DNA of 64,000 nt, from assembly GCA_036012755.1 (NCBI GenBank), contig DASCPX010000134.1, positions 1 through 64,000 of the forward strand, in the 5' to 3' direction. The DNA is from Myxococcota bacterium. Its GTDB lineage: Bacteria > Myxococcota_A > UBA796 > CAJQPC01. The position numbers were made by a program, and so were the translations under genes. The notes under the pieces are model-generated. The model saw only the letters and a program-made list of their open reading frames with translations. It searched no databases and was not told where the DNA came from. The first letter of the stretch is position 1. Each line of letters starts with the position of its first letter. Positions 9,557 to 17,862 of this stretch are shown here, in pieces.

Positions 9557-10815
9557 TCTGGCTGCTGGCATGCGGAAGCGGAATCCACGACGTCGACGCC
9601 GTGCTCTCAGAGGACATCCACACGGTGCTGACGGTGAGCTGGGCGACCGACGAGCCGACCCAGGGCCATGTCGAGTACTGGACTGACGGTGACCCGGCAC
9701 AGACGGGTCTGACGGAGCTCGGGACCGAGCACCAGGCGACGTTGTTCGCGCCGGCGGACACGACGGTCTCGTTCAAGATCGTCGTGCCAGAGGGGCGCGG
9801 AGACGAGAGCGGAACGACCACCGCGGAGACCGGCGCCCTGCCGCTGGACCTGCCGATCCTCGAGCTCTCGGGCCAGGCCCATGATGCGTTCATGACGGTC
9901 CCGCTCATCGGCCAGGTGACGGGGCCCTTGATCCTCGACGGAGCGGGGAACATCCTCTGGTACCACCTCGACGACCGGGGCCTCGACGTCTACCGCGCGC
10001 GGTTGTCCCTCGATGGCGAGAGCCTGCTCTACAACGCCGCCAGCGTCAGCGGGAATCCCGACGAAGGCTCTGAGCTCGTTCGCATCTCCCTGGACGGCTC
10101 CAGCGTGGAGACCGTGAGCGTGCCGCTGCTCGCCCACGACTTCGTCGAGCTCCCGGATGGCACGATCGCGGCCATGGTCGTGGAGTACCGGGACTACGAG
10201 GGCGAGGCCCTTCGGGGCGACAGCATCGTCGAGATCGCCCCAGATGGCACACAGACAACCGTGTGGAGCAGCTGGGACTGCTGGGACGTGGAAGAGACCC
10301 TCGACGACCCCGATCTGGGCTGGACCTTCGCCAACGCCTTGGACTACCACGACGGCGGCTACCTGCTGGGCATGCGCAACTTCAGCAGCATCGCCCGCAT
10401 CGACCGGGACGGCACCTGTGACTGGGTCTTCGGGCGGACCGGGGCGACCTTCGAGGCCGCGGACGGCTCCGCGACCTTCCTGCACCAGCACCAGTTCGAG
10501 CTCTTCGACGGTCGCCTGCTCGTCTTCGACAACGAGGGCCTCGCCGGTAGCCAGTCCAGGGTGCTGGAGTACGACTTCGACCCCGACGCCGGGCTGGCGG
10601 AGGAGATCTGGAGCTACAGTCCCACGCCCAGCATCTACAGCTTCGTCCTTGGCGACGTGGCGCGCATGGACGACGGGGACACGCTGGTGACCTGGTCCGC
10701 GTCGGGTCAGATCGACAGGGTCACGGCGGACGGCGAGGCCACCTGGACCTTGAACACGCCGGTGGGCTACGTGCTCGGATTCGACACGGTCTCGACGAGC
10801 CTCTACCCGCAGTGA
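9553..10815 (+). CDS. Arylsulfotransferase (ASST)-like lipoprotein with N-terminal Fn3-like region
   Basis: GTGA-coupled start MIWLLAC; AHDFVELPDG, FANAL, MRNFSSI, HQHQF, FDN, GDVARMDDGDTL. Confidence 0.75.
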   Translation: MIWLLACGSGIHDVDAVLSEDIHTVLTVSWATDEPTQGHVEYWTDGDPAQTGLTELGTEHQATLFAPADTTVSFKIVVPEGRGDESGTTTAETGALPLDLPILELSGQAHDAFMTVPLIGQVTGPLILDGAGNILWYHLDDRGLDVYRARLSLDGESLLYNAASVSGNPDEGSELVRISLDGSSVETVSVPLLAHDFVELPDGTIAAMVVEYRDYEGEALRGDSIVEIAPDGTQTTVWSSWDCWDVEETLDDPDLGWTFANALDYHDGGYLLGMRNFSSIARIDRDGTCDWVFGRTGATFEAADGSATFLHQHQFELFDGRLLVFDNEGLAGSQSRVLEYDFDPDAGLAEEIWSYSPTPSIYSFVLGDVARMDDGDTLVTWSASGQIDRVTADGEATWTLNTPVGYVLGFDTVSTSLYPQ

Positions 10816-12164
10816 TCCTGCTCGTCGCGAGCGCCCAGGCCGCTGGGTATTACGCCAGCGAGGGCGGCATCAGGGCCACCGGGCGCGCAGGTGCCTTCGT
10901 CGCCGGCGCCGATGATCTCTCCGCACAGACCTACAACCCGGCCGCGCTCTCACGGATCGATCGCCAGCTGACCTTCCAGCTGGCCGGAGTGCACCAGCAG
11001 GTGGTCTTCGACCGGGCGGACGAGGACGAACTGTCCTTCGACCCGGTCAGAAACGGCGCGGCGCCGATGCCCATCCCGGCCCTGGGCTTCGCCTTCAGCC
11101 CGCTCTCCAGGCTGACTTTGGCCATCGGCGCATACACACCCTACGCCCCCCGCTTTGCCTTCCCGGACGCGGGCCCCCAGCGCTTCACCCTGGTCGACTC
11201 GGTCGTGCTCAGCGGCAACGTCGGTCCCAGCGCCGCGTGGTCCTTTCGCGACCTGCACGTCGGCGCCGGTGTCGCCTGGACCTTCGTCTCGGTCGAGCAG
11301 AGCCTCGTCAGTCACGTGGCACCCCTGCAGTTCGCCCCAGAGGACAACCCGGACTACGACGTCGCGGTCTCCCTCGATCTGCTCGATCCCTTCGAGATCA
11401 CCTGGAACGCGGGCCTGTTGTACGACCGCGAGCGCTTCGCCGTCGGTCTCTCCTACACACCGCCGGTGCACTTCGAGCCGACCGGCACCCTGACCGCTGA
11501 CTTCAGCCGGAACACCTACTACGTGGGCGACAACGACCTGGGCAAGATCATCGCGAATCCGACGGCGACCGACGGGGACGTGGGCCTCGAGGTCGTGTTG
11601 CCGAGGGTCGTGCGCGCCGGGGTGCTCCTGCGACCCCATCCCAGGGTCGATGTCGAGGCCGACCTGGTGTGGGAGCAGTGGTCGTCGATGCCCACGCTGG
11701 AGGTCCAGGACCTCGACCTGGTGATCGAGACGGAGATGGCAGAGGACGTGCTGCTCGATGGGACCGTGTCGCTTCCTGGGGAGATGCAGGACGCCTGGGC
11801 GCTGAGGGTCGGGGGCCAGTTCGAGGCCACGCCGCGCTTCGACGTCCGCGCCGGGCTCTCCTACGAGACCTCGGCGGTGGCCCCGGAGTACCGCTCGGTC
11901 TTTCTACCCGACGGAAACGAGATCGGCTACGGACTCGGCGGCAGCCTCGGTATCAACGACGTGCTCGCCCTGGATCTGGCATGGTCGCAGGCCTTCGTTC
12001 CTGGTCACGAGCTCGATCCCTCCTGGGTCTACCAGGTACAGATCGACCCCAGCTCCGGCGAGGTCGGCGCTGGCAAGCGTGTCGGAGGGGGTACCTTCCG
12101 CTCGACCACATCGATGTTCGGCCTCGGGCTGAACTGGACTCCCCAACGCGAGGACCCCACATGA
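10812..12164 (+). CDS. OmpP1/FadL/TodX family outer membrane transport protein
   Basis: GRAGAFVAGADDLSAQTYNPAAL hatch motif, amphipathic beta strands, RAGLSYETS..P, PD motif. Confidence 0.85.
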   Translation: MILLVASAQAAGYYASEGGIRATGRAGAFVAGADDLSAQTYNPAALSRIDRQLTFQLAGVHQQVVFDRADEDELSFDPVRNGAAPMPIPALGFAFSPLSRLTLAIGAYTPYAPRFAFPDAGPQRFTLVDSVVLSGNVGPSAAWSFRDLHVGAGVAWTFVSVEQSLVSHVAPLQFAPEDNPDYDVAVSLDLLDPFEITWNAGLLYDRERFAVGLSYTPPVHFEPTGTLTADFSRNTYYVGDNDLGKIIANPTATDGDVGLEVVLPRVVRAGVLLRPHPRVDVEADLVWEQWSSMPTLEVQDLDLVIETEMAEDVLLDGTVSLPGEMQDAWALRVGGQFEATPRFDVRAGLSYETSAVAPEYRSVFLPDGNEIGYGLGGSLGINDVLALDLAWSQAFVPGHELDPSWVYQVQIDPSSGEVGAGKRVGGGTFRSTTSMFGLGLNWTPQREDPT

Positions 12165-12673
12165 TCCTGCTCTTTGCCTGCATCGGAGAGGGTGAGCCCG
12201 TCGACAGCGTCCCCGACGAGGCAGACACCGACACCGACACCGACGCCGACACCGACGCGGGCAACTCCGCGCTGACCGGGCGGCTGGGCGAGGCCCTCGT
12301 CGACACCGACTACCTCGGCACGGAGACGCTCTACTTCGTCGCCGACGAGGGCGCTGGAGAGGACCTCTGCCGCGTCTCCTACACGATGACCTCCACCGGT
12401 GCCCGCACGGACTGCAGCGACTGCGAGTGGGCCTTCGACCTCGTGCTGAGCGACCCCGTGGCCGAGACGGACGTGGGCTGCAGCGACCTGGACGTGGACC
12501 CGGCCGCCCTGGACGGAACCACGGTCTCCTATGGCTACACCTCCGAGTACGTAGGCCACGGCAAGGTGCTCTTCGTCGAGCAGGACGCGGTCTGGACCGC
12601 CGTGTCCTTCGCCACCTACGAAGCCCCGAACTTCGACTACGACTGGGAGTCGGGGTTCGTCGAGTACCGATGA
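12161..12673 (+). CDS. Hypothetical lipoprotein with DT-repeat linker
   Basis: ATGA-coupled start MILLFAC; DTDTDTDADTD; CSDCEWAF motif. Confidence 0.75.
   Translation: MILLFACIGEGEPVDSVPDEADTDTDTDADTDAGNSALTGRLGEALVDTDYLGTETLYFVADEGAGEDLCRVSYTMTSTGARTDCSDCEWAFDLVLSDPVAETDVGCSDLDVDPAALDGTTVSYGYTSEYVGHGKVLFVEQDAVWTAVSFATYEAPNFDYDWESGFVEYR
12224..12259 (+). repeat. GACACC/GACGCC hexamer repeat encoding (D-T/A)n
   Basis: gacaccgacaccgacaccgacgccgacaccgacgcg. Confidence 0.8.
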
Positions 12674-12706
12674 GCAAGCCGCCGTTGTGCCCGCGGCTCG
12701 TTGGCG

Positions 12707-14442
12707 TCACGGATGCCGGTTGTAGAAGATGCCGATGACGTCTTGGTCCGTGTGCGCCCCCGCGTCGAGCTCTATGCCCACATGCGGGTCGCCTGCGATC
12801 AGCTCGTCGAAGCCATCTCCATCGAGGTCCTCGGCCACCACGTTCGGCCCGGAGTAGTTCCGATAGCAAAGCCACGCTCCGTCGTGGTCGATCCGCCGGG
12901 GCCAGTCGGCGAGGTCCAGCAGACCCGTCGTGGGGATGCCTGAGGGTGCCAGGAACGAGAGGCCATCCGCCCCGCACACGACGAGGTCGGGCTCCGTGCC
13001 TCCGAAGTCGCCCCGAGCCATGCCCACAATGCCAGCGCTGGATGAAGTGGAGCTGACGATGCGGCCATTCGCGTCATGGTAGGTGCTCACCCCGCCCGCC
13101 CAGAGGTCGGTGAAGACATCCACCCGCCCCCCCCACGTCTGACCGTCGAGGATGATGTTCCCGGTCTCGTCATAGAACCCGACCTCGCCGTGTCCATCAC
13201 CGTCGAGATCGCCCAGGCTCAGCGTAGTACGCGGATCTCCACCCTTGCCCGAGTCCGTGTAGTCCTCGGCCCAGTAGAACACCGTCGAAGTCGCAATATC
13301 TTCAACGAGCTTCCCGTCTTCCAAGCGATCAGCCTCCACCAGGTAGACGCGGTCCCACGTCGCGATGGCCAAGCTCGCATGACCGGTCCCCTGCAAGTCC
13401 GGCAGGAGCGCAATCTCAAAGCCGAGGTAGTTCGCCTCGTCCATCTCGACGATTGCCCGAGCATCGGTCATGAACTGAACGCCCCCGGCAGAGAGCTGCG
13501 ACCAGTCCACGACGTTCACCCGGCCGTAGTTCCCGTTGACCCAATGCTCCCCGAGGATGAGCTCCTCGATGCCGTCTCCGTCGACGTCCACGACCGCATA
13601 GGCACTGCTTTGGCCGGAGGTTGCCCGTTCCAGGCTGAAGATGCCAACAAGCGCATCGGCCCCGCTGAGCGGTGACCCCGTCGCGAGGTCGGCGGCGGAC
13701 AGAATGAACACGAAATCGGCGTTCTCCCCCCTCCTGATCCCGCTTGCGGAGACGATGACGTCCTCGACGCCGTCTCCGTCGACATCAGGAACGGCCCCCG
13801 GCCTGTACGTGGCCCACCACCCCCATGGCTCCTGATCCTCGGTGTGGTCGAAGACTGCCCAGGCACTGTCGAGCCCGTAGCCGCCGTAGTCGACATCTGA
13901 CGGCAGGATCGCCAAGCCCAGGCCGGCGGGCGCGGCAATGTCACGGACACCGTCGCCATCGATGTCGGGAATCACACCGATTCCGTTATCTGAGAGGCCG
14001 GTCCACAGACCCTCCGGGTCGTTCCAGTCGAGCTCGTTTCCTTCCCAGAGCACATCCGCATCCCAGGTGGTCATCACGTCCCAATCGGCCAAGCCATCAC
14101 AGTTCTCGTCCCGGTAGGTGTCCGGGAGTTCGGTGGCATCCGGCGACACCTCGGGGTCGAGGTCGTCGCAGTCCGCCCCACCAACCGCTGACGACTCCCA
14201 TCCGTCCCCGTCCGCATCGGTGACATCGGACCCGTCGCAGTCCTGGTCGATGCCGTCGTAGGGCACCTCCTCGGCGCCCGGGTGGACCGTGGGATCCGAG
14301 TCGTCGCAGTCGTCGTCGGTGTGGCCATCGCCGTCCGGGTCCCGGAGTTCGCTGTCGGGGTCGCGCTGTCCACCGCGGCGGGCCCGGTGTCGTCGAGGCC
14401 TTTCGAGCAGGCGGCGAGTACGAGCCAGGCTGAGACACCCAT
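12707..14442 (-). CDS. MopE-type repeat plus FG-GAP-like repeat lipoprotein, apparent frameshift at 14357-14360
   Basis: MGVSAWLVLAAC start; one extra base in the 4-nt homopolymer joins to DPDGDG..DCDDSDPTVHPGAEEVPYDGIDQDCDG and several DxDGDG repeats. Confidence 0.75.
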
Positions 14443-14544
14443 GTCGCCACCGTAGACGAGGTGGCAGACATCGAGCGTCGAATCGACGGCTTGGCCGGCC
14501 CGCCGACGATGCGCCCAGCGTGCTGGGTGGCTGGGCCGACGGGA

Positions 14545-14580
14545 GACCCACGTGGGTCAGAAATGTCATGGAAATGTCAA
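14545..14580. promoter_or_regulatory. Palindrome plus Pho-box-like tandem repeat
   Basis: GACCCACGTGGGTC at 14545-14558; GAAATGTCA at 14560 and 14571 (11-bp period). Confidence 0.4.
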
Positions 14581-14776
14581 GGCGGTGCCTGGCCGTTTGA
14601 CGGTTTCGGGGGCCTCGAAGTGACCCGGTCCTCGGTCTCCGCTGGCAAGGGTCTCGAGGGCTCTGTACGGCCCCTGAGCCGTCGCGATCGCGTCGTTTCG
14701 ACCGCGACCTCGCGAAGCGACGAGTTCGGGCCGTCAGGAGCGCCGCGCGAGGCGCTAAAACCCTGATGTTAAAGGA

Positions 14777-15006
14777 CTAGTACAACTTCAGGGGGAACCC
14801 ATGGTCGCTCGGATCGATCCCACGCTCGCACTCCACGAAGCCATCCGTGGGCTCGAAGGTGACCGTGACGCCGGTCTGCATGCCCGGGGGAACCAGGACA
14901 GACATCAGCGACCCGGACTCGAAAGGGGAGCCCTCGTCGCTCGTGTAGATACGGACACCGAGTCGCCGACCGCCACCGGCTCGAAGTCGACCCATGCTGG
15001 CGTCAC
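14777..15006 (-). pseudogene. Remnant of a choice-of-anchor D/ASH-type Ig-like domain gene
   Basis: VTPAWVDFEPVAVGDSVSV in one frame, then SPF...VPPGMQTGVTVTFEPT in another; no convincing start. Confidence 0.4.
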
Positions 15007-15169
15007 GGCCTCTGGAGGGAATCTACGCGCGGCGAGCGGACTTCGTGACAAACAACAGGACGGCTGGAGGATCGGTGTTCCAACGTTGGGACAGCCGACG
15101 GCGAGCGTCAGAGTTTCCGCTGTTGATGAAGTCGGCAGAAAACTGCCGATTTGGATCCCAACAACGGCG

Positions 15170-16066
15170 CTACAAGAAGCGCCCGACGCCCTCTTCACCC
15201 CCGCCCTCGCCATCGGCGAAGCGGTACTGCGTATCGACGAGGCCGTCGATGCGCTCCATCACGATGTCCGTGATCGCTCTGAAGGGCTGGGCGTGGAGCT
15301 GGCCCGCCTCACGTGAGAGCGGCACGAAGTCCTCGCGCACCCTGTGTGGGGCGAGCTCCGGGCCGTCGACCTCGAGGGGCTCGCCGAAGCGGTAGACGAT
15401 GCGTCCTCCCTTCGAGAAGGGCGAGTTGCCCGGGTAGCAGAGGTCCGAGCCAGAGCAGCCCACCGGCACGATGGGGGCGCCGAGGTGCTGGGCGAACTGG
15501 GCCAGGCCGATGTGCCCGCGTGACAGCCGCCTGCTGCGAGTCCCCTGTGGGAAGACCAGCAGGTGGAGTCGCTTGTCGTGCAGCGCCGAGCGGTTCAGGC
15601 GGGCGACCTCGCGCATCAGGGCCTGGAACTGTCCCTCGAGGTCGTCGGCCTCTCCCGCGTCGAGGCGGTCGCGCAGGGCCCGGTATTCCTCGGGGCTCGC
15701 GTCTCTTCCCAGCTCGCGCCTGAGCCTGGTCGCCACGAGGTAGCCGCGGGAGGGCAGGGGGATGTTGTTCGTCGAGGACAGGAACCACGCCAGCAGCGGG
15801 TTCTCGAAGTACTTGCCCTTCACCCAGGTGGCAGTGAAGCGTCCGCCGAGCTGGCACATCCGCCACTGCAGCGGCCAGTAGTTGAAGCGGTCTGTGTGGT
15901 TCATCGCGATGAACACGCCGCGGTCCTGGGGGAGCTTGTCGTAGCCCTCCAGCACGATCTCCGTCCGCCGCGGAAAGGCGTAGTCGAAGCGCAGACCGAG
16001 CTGGCCGACCAGGAGCTGGCCAACGGGGCGCTCGGACAGCTCTGTGCGTTCCAGGCGGGCGAGCAT
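15170..16066 (-). CDS. Lysophospholipid acyltransferase (PlsC family)
   Basis: AMNHTDRFN, VFPQGTRS, APIVPVG, YRFGEPL. Confidence 0.85.
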   Translation of the reverse strand: MLARLERTELSERPVGQLLVGQLGLRFDYAFPRRTEIVLEGYDKLPQDRGVFIAMNHTDRFNYWPLQWRMCQLGGRFTATWVKGKYFENPLLAWFLSSTNNIPLPSRGYLVATRLRRELGRDASPEEYRALRDRLDAGEADDLEGQFQALMREVARLNRSALHDKRLHLLVFPQGTRSRRLSRGHIGLAQFAQHLGAPIVPVGCSGSDLCYPGNSPFSKGGRIVYRFGEPLEVDGPELAPHRVREDFVPLSREAGQLHAQPFRAITDIVMERIDGLVDTQYRFADGEGGGEEGVGRFL

Positions 16067-16073
16067 GACCGGG

Positions 16074-17804
16074 CTACTCGCGGGACTCGTCCAGCGCGAG
16101 GCAGAGCTCGGCGAGGCGGAAGGGCTTGCTCACGAAGCCGAGCGCGCCGGCGTCGATGCAGGCCTGGACCTTCTCTTCGCGCGCGAAGCCGCTCATCATC
16201 AGGACTGGCAGGTCCGGGTGGCGGTGCTTGAGCCGCTGGAGCACCTCCTCGCCGCCGAGCCCGGGCATGCCGATGTCCAACAAGACGAGCTCGATGCCCT
16301 CGAGCTTGTCCGCCATGCGCAAGGCCTCGAGGCCGTCAGCGGCCGAGTGCACGACGACGTCGTGCGAACCCAGGAGCGAGGCGAGGGAGTGGCGGACCGC
16401 GTCGTTGTCCTCGACGAGCAGGACCGAGCCGGGGAGGTCGATGACCTCGTCGTCGTCGAAGATGCGCGTGACCGTCGTGCCGCGCTCGTAGACCGGCAAC
16501 AGGACGCGAAAGAGGGTCCCGGCTTCCGGCGAGGACTGCACCTGGATCGTACCGCCGTAGCTCTGCACGAGCCCACGGACCAGCGCAAGCCCGGTCACGG
16601 GTCGCTGGCTGGCGTGGCGGGTGAAGGGCTGGAAGAGCCGGCCCTGGATGCTCGTGGGGATGCCGACGCCGTCGTCCTCGATGTCCAGGATGGCGTCGCC
16701 GTCCAGCTCGTGGCCCCGGAACCAGATCTCGCCTTCGAGTCCCACGGCGCGGATCGCGTTCACCCCGAGCTGGTGGAGGATCTTGATGACGCCGCTGGGG
16801 TCCGCGATGACACGCACCGAGCCGAGGCCGTTCTCGCAGCGCACGGTGACCCCGGAGGGCGCCGCCTCTGCGAGGCGCTCGACCACGCGGGCGAGCAGGT
16901 TGCCCAGGTTGACCGGCCCGTGCTCGAGCTCCTCGCGGCGGCCAAGGTGCAGCATGTCCCGGGTGGCCCGGCGGCTCTTCCTCAGGGCCTTCTCTGCGTC
17001 GACGAGGGCCTCTGCGGCGTGCCCGTGGACCGCCGGGAGGCTGTCGAGGGCGCTGGCGATGACGGTCAGCGCGTCGTTGATGTCGTGGGCCATCGAGCCG
17101 GCGAGCAGGCTGAGCTCGGCGACCTCCTTGCGCGCCTGGGCGCGGAAGACCCCGAGGAGCTCGCGCTCCCTGGTGATGCTGCGGCAGAGCAGGAGCGCAC
17201 CCTGTCCCGCCAGGGGCTCCAGCTGGGCTTCGTAGGCCCGGGGGCCCTGCGGACCCAAGAGGCGCACGTCGCCGACGACCGACTCGCCCCCCATCGCGCG
17301 GCCGAGCCCGGAGGCGACCCAGTCCCGGTCCTCTGGGTCGATGAGCCCGAGCACCCCGGTCGGATCCCCGAGCAGGCGCCGCTCGGCGACGCCGGTGGCC
17401 CGTGTCACCGCCGCGTTGACCCGAAGCACACGCCGCTCCTTGCCGAAGACGACGATCAGGCTGTGGAGGGCTTCCAGGACCGCCTGCATCTGGTTGCGCT
17501 CGTCGCGCAGAGCTGTCAGCGTCGTGGCCCGCTCGGACATGTCCCGCAGGGCCACGAAGATCATGGCGCCGTGCTGGGAAGTGCTGCTCTCGAGCTCCGC
17601 GATGCCCCCGTCGAGGCGTCTCCAGACGCCCATCTTCAGGCCGTCCTGGTCTCGCTCCTTTCCTGCCCGCAGCCGGGCGACGTTCGACCCGACGGGGTCC
17701 CCGCCGAGGAGGTGCTGGGCGATCCGGTTGGCGTAGACGACGCGTCCATCGGCGTCCAGTTGGAGGATGCCGTCCGGAAGCAGCTCGAGAGTGCCCTGGC
17801 CCAC
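16074..17804 (-). CDS. Hybrid sensor histidine kinase/response regulator with PAS domains
   Basis: PAS-like DGILQLDADGRVVYAN; AHDIND H-box; N, DDGVG and FQPF boxes; receiver LLVEDN..LLDIGMP..SKPF. Confidence 0.9.
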   Translation of the reverse strand: MGQGTLELLPDGILQLDADGRVVYANRIAQHLLGGDPVGSNVARLRAGKERDQDGLKMGVWRRLDGGIAELESSTSQHGAMIFVALRDMSERATTLTALRDERNQMQAVLEALHSLIVVFGKERRVLRVNAAVTRATGVAERRLLGDPTGVLGLIDPEDRDWVASGLGRAMGGESVVGDVRLLGPQGPRAYEAQLEPLAGQGALLLCRSITRERELLGVFRAQARKEVAELSLLAGSMAHDINDALTVIASALDSLPAVHGHAAEALVDAEKALRKSRRATRDMLHLGRREELEHGPVNLGNLLARVVERLAEAAPSGVTVRCENGLGSVRVIADPSGVIKILHQLGVNAIRAVGLEGEIWFRGHELDGDAILDIEDDGVGIPTSIQGRLFQPFTRHASQRPVTGLALVRGLVQSYGGTIQVQSSPEAGTLFRVLLPVYERGTTVTRIFDDDEVIDLPGSVLLVEDNDAVRHSLASLLGSHDVVVHSAADGLEALRMADKLEGIELVLLDIGMPGLGGEEVLQRLKHRHPDLPVLMMSGFAREEKVQACIDAGALGFVSKPFRLAELCLALDESRE

Positions 17805-17862
17805 CGCCGGGAGCCTACCAGAGCCCGTCGCGAAAGGCCTTTCATCGAGATAACCGCGGCCC

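Noticed and set aside
14739..14776. Hairpin AGCGCC/GGCGCT as a terminator, or GTTAAAG as an integron attC core
   Set aside because: The A-run is on the wrong side for a terminator; the GTTRRRY match is imperfect with no inverse core or integrase.
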